From contig JASLYQ010000001.1 of NCBI GenBank assembly GCA_030739735.1, positions 159,633 through 223,632 on the forward strand: a stretch of DNA of 64,000 bases, in the 5' to 3' direction. Source of the DNA: Alphaproteobacteria bacterium (lineage in GTDB: Bacteria > Pseudomonadota > Alphaproteobacteria > UBA7887). A program made the translations under genes and the position numbers. Below the pieces are notes generated by a model. It saw only the letters and a program-made list of their open reading frames with translations, was not told the DNA's origin and made no database searches. Shown piece by piece: positions 54,451 to 63,895 of this stretch (position 1 is the first letter of the stretch; every line of letters starts with the position of its first letter).

Positions 54451-55735
54451 TGCTGACCTCCCCGTTGCTTGCAATGCCCCAGGTTTGGATGGCGTTGCAG
54501 TGGTAGAGATGGCCTGCCGCATACTGCTCGGACCACACTTCGCGTCGTAGCTGGGTGTTACCTTTCTCGTCGGTCGCGCGGCTTTGCACGACAGCTGGCG
54601 CGCCGTCCCAACTCCAGGGCAGGCGGAAACGCGTCAGCGCCATCGGCTGCACCGGCCCGTCCAGCGCCGCCTCCGCCCAGCTCTTGCCGCCGTCGGCCGA
54701 GACCTCGACGCGGGCGATTCGGCCGTGGCCTGACCAAGCGAGGCCCGAGATCTGATAGAGCCCCGCGCCGCGCATCGTCAGACCCGTTGCCGGGCGTGTG
54801 ATGGTTGATTTCACATCCATGCGGAAAGTGAACTGGCGCGCCATGCCGTCGGGCATCAGGTCGGAATATTTCGAGGTCTCGTCCTTTGTGTGAGTTGGTC
54901 CCTCGGTGACCTTGATGCGGCGCAGCCACTTGACCGACATATTACCTTCGTAGCCCGGCAACACGAGGCGCATGGGGTAGCCGTTCTCGGGGCGTAGGCG
55001 CTCGCCGTTCTGATACAAAGCCACGATGGCGTCGTCGAGTGCCTTTTCCATGGGAATGCTACGGCTCATGGCGGCGGAATCAGCCCCCTCGGCAAGAATC
55101 CACTTGCCGCGCGGATCCAATCCAGCTTCATCGAGTAGGATCGAGAGCGGGATACCCGTCCACTCGGCACCGGAGATGAGACCGTGGATCATACCTACCG
55201 GCACCTGCATGGGCTCGGAGAACAGGTTGCTGTTGAAGAAACTATTGCCAGCGCACTCGATAAATAGAAGTCGGCTAGCCATCGGATAGCGCAGCAGCGC
55301 CTCTATGTCGAACTTAAGCGGCTGCACCACCAGACCATGGATCAAAAACTCATGCCTCTCCGAATCGATGATGGGTCGGCCGTTGTGGCTGCGCTCGAAA
55401 TGCAGACCGTTGGGTGTGATGGTGCCTTCAAGGTTCTGCAGTGGCGTCATGCCGACACCAGCGCCGGGCGCCAGATCGCCATAGGGCTGAAGCACGGTGC
55501 GAGCTGTCTCCCGTTCGGCGCGAGCAGGATCACCGTAGGGCCGAAACGTGATGCCCGGCACGGTCATCCAGCTCGGCGCTTCATCGCCGATGGATTCCGC
55601 GGCTACAGCCGCACCGGGCAGGGCCGCCGCAGCCACCGCACTGCCAGCGAGAAAGGCGCGCCGGTGCAGCAGACCACCGCTCGCGACTGGCTCGCCGAGC
55701 GCCTCGGCGGCGGGCACAGTGTTCTTCTTTGACAT
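54437..55735 (-). CDS. soxC: Tat-exported sulfite-oxidase-family molybdoenzyme, SoxC/SorA-like
   Basis: Tat motif HRRAFL, ITPNGLHFER.H.G, ECAGN (Mo-ligand Cys), GYP.RL, KWLRRI, GLAWSG.G. Confidence 0.87.
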   Translation of the reverse strand: MSKKNTVPAAEALGEPVASGGLLHRRAFLAGSAVAAAALPGAAVAAESIGDEAPSWMTVPGITFRPYGDPARAERETARTVLQPYGDLAPGAGVGMTPLQNLEGTITPNGLHFERSHNGRPIIDSERHEFLIHGLVVQPLKFDIEALLRYPMASRLLFIECAGNSFFNSNLFSEPMQVPVGMIHGLISGAEWTGIPLSILLDEAGLDPRGKWILAEGADSAAMSRSIPMEKALDDAIVALYQNGERLRPENGYPMRLVLPGYEGNMSVKWLRRIKVTEGPTHTKDETSKYSDLMPDGMARQFTFRMDVKSTITRPATGLTMRGAGLYQISGLAWSGHGRIARVEVSADGGKSWAEAALDGPVQPMALTRFRLPWSWDGAPAVVQSRATDEKGNTQLRREVWSEQYAAGHLYHCNAIQTWGIASNGEVSNVYI

Positions 55736-55749
55736 CGGTTCTCCTCCTT

Positions 55750-57837
55750 CTATTTTGCTGCCACCGGCACGGCTTCCTCGCGCGGCCCAATACCGGAACT
55801 ACCCGACAGGCGCTCGCGGCGCTCCCTCCTGGCCACCAAGGGCGGACAGACCTGATCGTCCTGATAGGCCACCTGGCAGGCCAGACAGTGATAACACTCA
55901 TTGAAATTTATGCTGCCATCGTTGCCGATCGCCTGCACCGGGCAAAGCGGCTGACAAGTGTTGCAGCTACTGCCGCATTCGGGCCGACGCTTTAACCAGA
56001 GCAGCATGCGCCAGCGCCCGAGGATGGCAAGGCTGCCGCCCAGCGGACAGAGATAGCGGCAAAAGGCGCGCTCAACGAAGAGCCCTACACCGAGTATAGC
56101 GAGCGTAAACAGCACATAGGGCCAGGCGCGCACGAAGCCGAACAGGATCGCCGTGTCGAAGGGCTCTATCTCGACAGCGCGTATGACCGGGGTCCGATCG
56201 ATGAAGACCAGCGCGACTAGTGCTATCGCGACAACATATTTGAGCGCCCACAGCCGCTCGTTGAGCGCAGCCGGCAGTTGCCGCTGGCGCAGCCCAAGCC
56301 ACCGCGCAGCTTTGTTGAGCAACTCCTGCAAAGCGCCAAAGGGGCAAAGCCAGCCGCAGAATATGCCGCGTCCGAGCAGCAGCAGGGTAAGCCCCGCGAA
56401 GCCTAGCACGATCAGTGTCAGGGGATCGAGCAGCATTGCCTCCAACCCACCGCCTTCGAAGGGCGCCCGGGCAATCGTGAAGAGATGGCTGATCGACAGT
56501 TGCGCGCCTGCATACCAGCCGATCCAGCCCAGCGAAAAGACAAGAAAGACAGCGCGTAGCCAGCGCATACATTGGGCGTGTCGGACGAGCCGGTTTTGGG
56601 CCAATAGCACAGCCGAAAGGGTTGCCAGCGCCAGCAGCAGCACCGCGATCTTGGCTTCCTGGTCCTTCCACACCGAGAGCCAAAGGGCCGGCACCTCAGC
56701 GGCACGATTATCGACAGCGGCAACGAGCCGCGGAATAGGCTCGACCACCAGCTCAGCCGGCGGCGCGTAGTCAAGCCCGAACCGGGCTTCTCCGCCGAAG
56801 GCGATCTCCAGCAACCACGGCCGGCTACCATCGAAGCCGCTCGTCGCCGGAATTCGCAACAGAACTAGCTGCTCCATGGCCGGCGCACCACTCACGGCGA
56901 CACCGTTCAGGGCAACCGACTCAAACTCGTTGAGTGATAGCGTCAGCCCGCCTTGACGCAGGCTAAGCGCGCTTGACACCGGCGCTTCGGCAAGGGTCGC
57001 AACGCCCCGCCGCAGACTGGCCCGTCCGGCACTTGCGACGAGCAGAAGTGAATCACCTTCCGCGAGCCCGGCCGCGGCATGAGCTTCGGCGCCAAGCAGA
57101 TTGCGCCCGATCAGTGCCGGAGTCGCGAGCGCCGTAACGAGGTCAGCAAAAAGCATGTCGGCTGGACCGCTGCTAAGCTTTGCGGCATGGGCGGCGACAT
57201 CACCATTGCTGAGCGTCAGCCGGCGGACCGCACCAATGGCGCGCAGCCCTGCCCAATCGAGGGGGCGGAAGCTCACGAGATCGAGGCGGCGGGCCTCGCG
57301 GGCGCCGGGACCGAGCAGGTCACGCGAGACCGCGACCATGCGCCCGGCCCGGTAGATACCGTCGAGCAGCGCCAACACGCTGATATCAGCACGCCCGCCA
57401 TAGTCTTCGGGTGCGGCAGGCCGTGGCGCGAGCACATCAAGGCCGACCAGCCCGGTAAGCGCCGCTTCCAGCGCCGCGCGCCCACCGAGATTACGCAGTA
57501 GTGGCTCGTCCTCAGCAATCAGCACTGCGCCGGTGACGCGGGCGTGCATATCGAGGCCGAGCAGAATGTCAAAACGACTGCCGCCGTAGCCACGCGGCTT
57601 GGCCAAGTCGCCGACCGAAAAGACATAGCCCACAATGTCACCGTCGCGAAGAACCTCGGCAGCAGGCGGGCGCCCATCCGTCGGTTGAGCGCGATCTGCG
57701 CCGGGAAAGGCTTGCGCCAGGCGGTCCGGCGTCAAGCGGTCGGCCAGGGGGTCGGGTTTTGCGGCCGGGGATTCCGTTGCCATCCCAAGCCCGCAGAAAA
57801 GCCCCAAGATGACGAGCCGTCCGATCGATTTTCTCAC
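55750..57837 (-). CDS. NosR/NirI-like membrane polyferredoxin, copy B (FMN-attachment motif degenerate)
   Basis: FCGWLCPFGALQE, FCRYLCPLG, CGSSCNTCQPLCP, CYHCLAC; periplasmic N-domain lacks the SGAT motif. Confidence 0.85.
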   Translation of the reverse strand: MRKSIGRLVILGLFCGLGMATESPAAKPDPLADRLTPDRLAQAFPGADRAQPTDGRPPAAEVLRDGDIVGYVFSVGDLAKPRGYGGSRFDILLGLDMHARVTGAVLIAEDEPLLRNLGGRAALEAALTGLVGLDVLAPRPAAPEDYGGRADISVLALLDGIYRAGRMVAVSRDLLGPGAREARRLDLVSFRPLDWAGLRAIGAVRRLTLSNGDVAAHAAKLSSGPADMLFADLVTALATPALIGRNLLGAEAHAAAGLAEGDSLLLVASAGRASLRRGVATLAEAPVSSALSLRQGGLTLSLNEFESVALNGVAVSGAPAMEQLVLLRIPATSGFDGSRPWLLEIAFGGEARFGLDYAPPAELVVEPIPRLVAAVDNRAAEVPALWLSVWKDQEAKIAVLLLALATLSAVLLAQNRLVRHAQCMRWLRAVFLVFSLGWIGWYAGAQLSISHLFTIARAPFEGGGLEAMLLDPLTLIVLGFAGLTLLLLGRGIFCGWLCPFGALQELLNKAARWLGLRQRQLPAALNERLWALKYVVAIALVALVFIDRTPVIRAVEIEPFDTAILFGFVRAWPYVLFTLAILGVGLFVERAFCRYLCPLGGSLAILGRWRMLLWLKRRPECGSSCNTCQPLCPVQAIGNDGSINFNECYHCLACQVAYQDDQVCPPLVARRERRERLSGSSGIGPREEAVPVAAK

Positions 57838-57922
57838 AAGGATCCCCTACGTACCTGTCGCCCGCAATGGCAGTGGCCGTTGCATAGCAAAGATGGGTGG
57901 GCACGCAAAGCGCCGTTTTCCC

Positions 57923-59959
57923 TTATGTCGCCGCCGCCCGCGCAGCGCGCTTGCGCTGCTGGATCAGCGGCGGACAGCGCCCCTCATCGAAATACTCGAC
58001 CTGGCACTCCAGGCATTGGAAACATTCGTTCATATCGATGCTGCCATCGCCGCGGATCGCATCGACTGGACAAATCTGGCGGCAAACCGCGCAAGGGCTG
58101 CCGCATTGCGGGCGTTGCCTGAGCCAGCGCATCACGTGCCAACGCCCGAGAAGACTCAGCGCGCCGCCGAGCGGGCAGAGAAAGCGGCAGAAGAAGCGCT
58201 CAATGAAGAGACCGAGAACAAGGAGGATCCCAGCATAAAGCACGTAGGGCCAGTGACGCGCGAAGCCGACCACGATGGCGGTCTTGAAGGGTTCCACCTC
58301 CGCGGCCACCTGGGCGGCGTCGAGCGACCATATGGCGAGTCCGAAAATTACCAATGTCACCAGATATTTGGCAGTCACCAGACGTTCACCCAAGCTCTCC
58401 GGAATCTTGACACGCGGCAGGCGCAAACGGCGCGCGACGGCGCCAGCGAACTCCTGCAAGGCGCCGAAGGGGCAAAGCCAGCCACAGAAGACGCCACGAC
58501 CCCATAGCAGCAGCGTGACCAGCACATAGAGCGACAGCAGAAAGATTAACGGGTCGAGCAGTACCAGCGCCGGGTCGAGGCCGGAGACCATGATCCGCGC
58601 ATAGGTGACGATGTTGAGGATCGTCAGCTGTGCATCGACGATCCAGCCAAGCCATACCAGAACCACCGCCAGAAAGCCGAGGCGCAGCATGCGGTAAAGA
58701 CGGCGACCACGGACCAGGCGATCCTGCCACAGCAACATCAGCGTAAGCGTGGTGAGCAAACCTACAAGAGCCACGATATCGCCGGCCCGGGCCACCCAGA
58801 CCCTTTGCCAGTCATTGAGCAGGCTTCCGCGCAGCAGACCGAACAAGACATAGGTGGGCTCTTTGTAGCCAGCCTCCTCCAATGCAAAGTCGCTGCCGGT
58901 CACGAAAAGCGCGGGCAGCGTGTAGGGTAGACTGTGGGTTTCGTCCCCGATATCGAACTCGAACGCCCAGGGCTTGAACACGTCAAAGCCGTCGCGGGCG
59001 CCGAGGCGGAACATAACTCGCTCGCTGAAGCACGGCGCGCCGTCACCAATGATGGAGGGCTTACCGAGCTTGTTATCGCGGCTCAGCGGCAGGGTTTTGC
59101 CGTCCTGGACAATGCGCACATTGGGATAGGGTTCACCACCGCGCGGCCTTTTGCGGAACAGCGCCGGATTGCCGGTACCGGCGAGGACGAGCAGGTGCTC
59201 GTCAGTGCCGAGCTTCGAGACATGGAAGGTATGCCAGCTACCGCCAAAAAAATTGCGGCCGATGCCGGGCGGTGTGGTAATCGCGGCATAGACCTCCAGG
59301 GTCTCGCCAGCCTCGCTCGGCACGGCGAGTGTCGTCACCGCGCCCAGCGCAAGCAGGGTTTGCCAGTCGCGTGGCTCGTAGCTCCTCATATCAACGCTGA
59401 CGCCCGTTTCCAGCCCGTCGATCAAACCGTATTCCGTAGCAATCTTGCGCGCTGAAGACAGCACCGCCGAGCGCATCAGCTTGCTGCTCACCGTGGCACC
59501 CGAGATGGCATCGGTGGCCTCGCGTACATTGCGCAGCGATTGATCCACGGGAAAGCCGGAGAGCTGAAGCAAAAATCCATCCAGACGTGAGAGCGGGATG
59601 GCGTTGTGGCTGATGATCGGCTCGTGGTGCTCGATCACATGCACGCCGCGCAGGCGGCCATCCAGATCAATGCCGACCAGTAGATCGAAAGCGAGGCCGG
59701 TGAAACCACCGATGGGATCGATGTCGTAGGTCGAGAGCACGTAACCCGCCAGGGCATCGTCGATGAGCACTTCCGCCACCGCGGGCCGGCCGCTGATCTC
59801 GCCGACCTCGTCGGCCTCGGGAAAGGCCTGGTCGAGGGCGCGGACCGACAGGCGACGCTCCAGCGGATCCTCCTTGTCAATTGCCTGAGCATCGCCAGTG
59901 AGCACACAAAGCAACGCGGCAACAACAAGAAACAGGCGGTACGTCGGAAAGGCAACCAT
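57923..59959 (-). CDS. NosR/NirI-like membrane flavo-Fe-S protein, copy A
   Basis: Signal/TM segment, HHEP, DAISGATVSS flavinylation motif, FCGWLCPFGALQE, FCRFLCPLG, two ferredoxin Cys motifs; start set to ATG 59959. Confidence 0.88.
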   Translation of the reverse strand: MVAFPTYRLFLVVAALLCVLTGDAQAIDKEDPLERRLSVRALDQAFPEADEVGEISGRPAVAEVLIDDALAGYVLSTYDIDPIGGFTGLAFDLLVGIDLDGRLRGVHVIEHHEPIISHNAIPLSRLDGFLLQLSGFPVDQSLRNVREATDAISGATVSSKLMRSAVLSSARKIATEYGLIDGLETGVSVDMRSYEPRDWQTLLALGAVTTLAVPSEAGETLEVYAAITTPPGIGRNFFGGSWHTFHVSKLGTDEHLLVLAGTGNPALFRKRPRGGEPYPNVRIVQDGKTLPLSRDNKLGKPSIIGDGAPCFSERVMFRLGARDGFDVFKPWAFEFDIGDETHSLPYTLPALFVTGSDFALEEAGYKEPTYVLFGLLRGSLLNDWQRVWVARAGDIVALVGLLTTLTLMLLWQDRLVRGRRLYRMLRLGFLAVVLVWLGWIVDAQLTILNIVTYARIMVSGLDPALVLLDPLIFLLSLYVLVTLLLWGRGVFCGWLCPFGALQEFAGAVARRLRLPRVKIPESLGERLVTAKYLVTLVIFGLAIWSLDAAQVAAEVEPFKTAIVVGFARHWPYVLYAGILLVLGLFIERFFCRFLCPLGGALSLLGRWHVMRWLRQRPQCGSPCAVCRQICPVDAIRGDGSIDMNECFQCLECQVEYFDEGRCPPLIQQRKRAARAAAT

Positions 59960-60002
59960 GGGGCCCGGGACGGATACGGCTTTGCTGTGCCCTTGTCGAG
60001 AG

Positions 60003-60120
60003 TTAAGCCGGTGCAAGGATCGGCTGAGCGAGAATCCACAGGCTCAGGACCGAGTATGCGACCATCAGCAGCAGCAGTGGCAATTGCGCGAGATTGCGCG
60101 CGCCCCGAGGTGGGAAGAAC
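60003..60120 (-). pseudogene. C-terminal remnant of an integral membrane protein gene
   Basis: Reads AQLPLLLLMVAYSVLSLWILAQPILAPA* with no upstream coding body. Confidence 0.5.
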
Positions 60121-60169
60121 GCCGGGTTGTCACGCCTAGAACCTAGGACCCGGCCAACCGATATCGTCG

Positions 60170-60379
60170 TCAGTCAATCACGCGCAGATTATCCGCTGCC
60201 ATCCGGCCGCGATTATCGGCAACCATGTCGAACTCGATCTTCTGTCCTTCGGACAGGGTAGACAGGCCCGCCCGCTCGACGCTCGAAATATGGACAAAAG
60301 CATCCTTGTCACCTGTCTCGGGTGTAATAAATCCGAACCCCTTTACGGAATCGAACCATTTCACGGTTCCCGTCGTCAT
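60170..60379 (-). CDS. cspA: Cold-shock protein
   Basis: GTVKWFD..KGFGFI, D.FVH.S; GAGGAGG RBS; about 180 nt of upstream leader. Confidence 0.93.
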   Translation of the reverse strand: MTTGTVKWFDSVKGFGFITPETGDKDAFVHISSVERAGLSTLSEGQKIEFDMVADNRGRMAADNLRVID

Positions 60380-60559
60380 ACGTACCTCCTCGCACCAGTG
60401 TTTACCCCATCCCTTCGGACAGGGTCTCTCTATAGAGCTTCGACTTGCTATCCCGGAGGAGGCAGTCACGAAAACTCACACACATAACCATAGCAGTGGC
60501 GAGCCCTGCGTCACAAGCCAATGCGTGTAACACTTTCGTGACTTGCTGGAAAATGCCGC

Positions 60560-61378
60560 TCAACCGCGGCCGCGGAACAATTGCCGTGGCGCGGGACTGC
60601 TCCGCGAGTAGCCATCTGCGCAAAACGCGCCGCCCTGATAGCGCCTGGCGACGGGATTCATATCGTCCTCGCTGCCTTCGACGATCGAGCCATAGGCGTC
60701 AGCGCTGTCTTCGGACGAAAAACCGATCTGTTCCCGGGCCAGATCGGACCACCAGCGCCCGGTATTCTCGGATACACCCCAATAAACCGCATGGCCCAGA
60801 GTGTCGGCCGCGAGACAGCAGCGCACTAGTGCGGTCAGATCGGCAAAGCTCAGCCAGGTGTAAAGCTGGCGGCGGTCGACGGGCTCGGCAAAGCAGGAGC
60901 CGATCCGCAAGCAAGCGTTCTCCACCCCGTACTTATCCCAATAGGTGCGCCCAAGTAGCTCACTATAGGCCTTCGATAGACCATAATAGCTGTCGGGGCG
61001 GAGCTGGCAGTCCTCGGTCAGCGCCTCGTCGCGCTGGTGAAAGCCGATGGCGTGGTTGGAGCTTGCGAAGACCACACGCGCACCGTTACGCCGGGCGCCT
61101 TCGAAGATGTGATAAGTGCCGCGCAAGTTGGCCTCAAGGACTTCTTCGAAGCTCGCTTCCGTAGAAATAGCGCCGAAATGCACGATGGCATCGACACCTT
61201 CGCAGAGCGCCAGTACCGTGTCCTTGTCGGCGAGGTCCGCCAGCCGAAAAACCGCGCCATCCGGTATCTGGCGAGCGGTCACGATGTCCATGAGGCGTAA
61301 TTTGTGCTCATCAGCCAAGCCGGCGCTGAGTACACGCCCGAGATTGCCAGCGGCACCGGTCAGAAAAATGGTGGACAT
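60560..61378 (-). CDS. NAD-dependent epimerase/dehydrogenase, uronate dehydrogenase-like
   Basis: TGAAGNLG, FASSNH, RPDSYYGLSK, LRIGS. Confidence 0.85.
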   Translation of the reverse strand: MSTIFLTGAAGNLGRVLSAGLADEHKLRLMDIVTARQIPDGAVFRLADLADKDTVLALCEGVDAIVHFGAISTEASFEEVLEANLRGTYHIFEGARRNGARVVFASSNHAIGFHQRDEALTEDCQLRPDSYYGLSKAYSELLGRTYWDKYGVENACLRIGSCFAEPVDRRQLYTWLSFADLTALVRCCLAADTLGHAVYWGVSENTGRWWSDLAREQIGFSSEDSADAYGSIVEGSEDDMNPVARRYQGGAFCADGYSRSSPAPRQLFRGRG

Positions 61379-61381
61379 GGC

Positions 61382-62260
61382 TTATTCTCCGAATTGGCCA
61401 ACGGGAACGCCTGCGACGTCGACCTGCAACATAAGAATGCTGCCGGACAGGGGATAGCGCTCGATGAGCTCGGGCGCGCGGCCATCGCGCAGGCTGCTAA
61501 CGAAGAGTGTGCGCATGTCTTCGCCGCCGAAGCAGCACATGGTCGGTGCTGGGACAGGAAGTGAGATCGACTCGATCACCTCACCGGTCGGCGAAAAGCG
61601 GTTGAGACGGCCGGCCGAGACCCCGGCGCTCCAATAGCCGCCTTCAATATCGCATGCGGCACCATCCGGACGGCCTTGCTCGGGTGTCGGCTCGGCATAA
61701 ACACGGCGAACGGCGATGGTACCATTGGCGGCATCAAACTCCCAGACATCGATGCGGTTGGCAGCGCTGTCGCTGTGAAACATCAGACTGCCCTGGGCGT
61801 TCCAGGCAAGGCCGTTCGAGACCATCAGGCCGTCAATCTTACGCTCGCAAGCGCCGTCCGCCGTGATGCGATAGAGCGCGGCAATAGGCTTGCGCTCGGG
61901 CCGGTCATCCATGCTGCCAATCCAGAAGGCGCCGTCGGGGCCAACCTTGCCGTCGTTAAGCCGAGTGTGCGGCATGTCCGCTTCGATCGCCACCAGCGGT
62001 TCCAAATCGCCACTGGCCGGATCGAAAAGCGAGACACCGTCGCGTAAGCCCACAACCAGACGCCCATCAGGGCAGAGCCCGAAAGCGCCGACCTCGCTGG
62101 GAAAGTTCCAGCCCTCATGCTTCGCCGAGGCTAGCGTGTAGACATGAATGCGCCGGCCCGTGATGTCGGCCCATAACAACCTGTCGCCAGCGGCATCCCA
62201 GACTAGGCTCTCCCCCAGTCGGCAGCGACAGTCGACCAGACAGGAAATCTCGTAACCCAC
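61382..62260 (-). CDS. SMP-30/gluconolactonase (sugar lactone lactonase)
   Basis: LGES, RLNDG, SNGLAW, RPDGA. Confidence 0.9.
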   Translation of the reverse strand: MGYEISCLVDCRCRLGESLVWDAAGDRLLWADITGRRIHVYTLASAKHEGWNFPSEVGAFGLCPDGRLVVGLRDGVSLFDPASGDLEPLVAIEADMPHTRLNDGKVGPDGAFWIGSMDDRPERKPIAALYRITADGACERKIDGLMVSNGLAWNAQGSLMFHSDSAANRIDVWEFDAANGTIAVRRVYAEPTPEQGRPDGAACDIEGGYWSAGVSAGRLNRFSPTGEVIESISLPVPAPTMCCFGGEDMRTLFVSSLRDGRAPELIERYPLSGSILMLQVDVAGVPVGQFGE

Positions 62261-62304
62261 GGCACCCCCTGCAATTTCCAAGATTCGTGTGCCGCCTACC
62301 CCGC

Positions 62305-62733
62305 TTAGTCCGCGTCGGGGACAGCTAAAACCTCTGGCGGCGGCCAGGCCTCGAAGGTGGGCGCCTCGCTCTGCCAGTTGCCGTAGTCGGCGCTTTCGCC
62401 GGTGAAGATGCGCGCGACCAAGGCCAGACCGCTTGGTCCTTCCAGGTTGCCGCCGGCGATGACCAGGCGGTCACCACCGTCGCGGCGGTAGAAGAGGCTC
62501 GAGCCGCATCTGTTACAAAAGCCCCTCTGCGCCTTGTCGGAACTGCGGTACCAAGTTAGTGCCCCAGCCGCGTCATGGATCTCAATATTGCTCAACTTAG
62601 CCGCTGTACCGTGCCAGAGCCCGCCACTGACACGTCGGCAGCTCTCGCAGTAGCACTCAATGACGCCCCGCATGGGACCATAGATGTCGAACGATACAGC
62701 ACCGCAATGGCAGCGTCCTTTGGTCTCGCTCAT
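62305..62733 (-). CDS. GFA/CENP-V family protein
   Basis: GRCHCGAV, CYCESCR, RGFCNRCGSSL. Confidence 0.9.
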   Translation of the reverse strand: MSETKGRCHCGAVSFDIYGPMRGVIECYCESCRRVSGGLWHGTAAKLSNIEIHDAAGALTWYRSSDKAQRGFCNRCGSSLFYRRDGGDRLVIAGGNLEGPSGLALVARIFTGESADYGNWQSEAPTFEAWPPPEVLAVPDAD

Positions 62734-62743
62734 GATCGCCTCC

Positions 62744-63895
62744 CTATGTCGTATCCTGGCCTCCGAGGATAGTCGTGACCTGGCTCGAGAAAACACCACC
62801 ATTGCCGTGCACAAGCGCCACCTCGGCGCCGTTGATCTGGCGCTCGCCGCATTCGTCGCGCAACTGGCGGACGGCTTCAATGAAGGGGAAGATGCCGTAC
62901 ATGCCGGGATGGCAACACGACAGCCCACCGCCATTGGTGTTCACGGCCACCTTGCCGCCGGGTGCAATGGCACCGCCTTCGACGAACGCCCCGCCCTCGC
63001 CCTTGGCGCAAAAACCGAGGTCTTCGAGGAACATCAGCGTGGTGATGGTGAAGGCATCGTAGAGCTCGACTATATCGACGTCGGCAATGTCCAAGCCTGC
63101 CATCTCGAACGCCCGTGCTCCGGATTCGGTGGCTGCCGAGACCGTGAGATCGGGCATGTTGGTGATGTAACGGTGCCAATGGGCCATGGCCACGCCGAGC
63201 ACATAGACCGGCACCTTGGGCAGATCGGGCGCGCGCTCGGGCCGGGTAAGCACCACGGCACCGCCACCGTCTGTGACTAGGCAGCAGTCGCGGACCGTGA
63301 AAGGATCGCTAATCAAGCGCGCCGCCAGCACCTCCTCCAGCGAAGTCGGCTCGCGGCAGAAGGCTTCCGGGTTCAACTGGGCCCACTGCCGCGCGGCAAC
63401 GGCGATCTCCGCCAGCTGCTCGCGCGTGGTGCCATATTCGTGCATGTGCCGCGCCGCAGCCAGCGCGTAGGACGTGATCGGCTGGCGCGGCCGGTAGGGC
63501 GCCTCATAGGGGTCCGGACGCGAGCTCGACACCAGGCGCCCCGCTGCCGAGCGCTGGTTGCTGGCATAGGCGATCAGAGCCACATCGCAGATACCGGCCT
63601 GCAGCGCCATGGTGGCGATCAGCACCTGGGAGAGGTTGGACGAGCCGCCGATCACCGTCGAATCGGAGAACTTCGGCTTGATACCGAGATATTCGGCAAG
63701 GCTGAGCGAGCCCATATTGAGCTGCATCGAGGTGCAGAACACAGCGTCCACGTCGCTGATGGCAAGGCCGGCATCGCCGAGCGCAGCCTGTGTCGTGGCA
63801 GCCAGCAGCTCGAGCTCGGACAACCCGGACATCTCGCCAAGGCCATAAGTGCCGGCGCCAGCGACGATGCTCGCCGCGCGCAAGGTGCCGCTCAT
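62744..63895 (-). CDS. SCP2-type (lipid-transfer-protein-like) thiolase
   Basis: GGSS, DCCLVTDGGGA, ELYDAFT, NTNGGGLS..HPG. Confidence 0.9.
   Translation of the reverse strand: MSGTLRAASIVAGAGTYGLGEMSGLSELELLAATTQAALGDAGLAISDVDAVFCTSMQLNMGSLSLAEYLGIKPKFSDSTVIGGSSNLSQVLIATMALQAGICDVALIAYASNQRSAAGRLVSSSRPDPYEAPYRPRQPITSYALAAARHMHEYGTTREQLAEIAVAARQWAQLNPEAFCREPTSLEEVLAARLISDPFTVRDCCLVTDGGGAVVLTRPERAPDLPKVPVYVLGVAMAHWHRYITNMPDLTVSAATESGARAFEMAGLDIADVDIVELYDAFTITTLMFLEDLGFCAKGEGGAFVEGGAIAPGGKVAVNTNGGGLSCCHPGMYGIFPFIEAVRQLRDECGERQINGAEVALVHGNGGVFSSQVTTILGGQDTT

Noticed and set aside
53908-55735. Complete Sox thiosulfate oxidation pathway
   Set aside because: soxAX, soxYZ and soxB are not in the window.
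55750-59959. Evidence for denitrification (nos/nir cluster)
   Set aside because: No nosZ, nosDFYL or nirS is in the window; NosR-like genes alone do not show N2O reduction.
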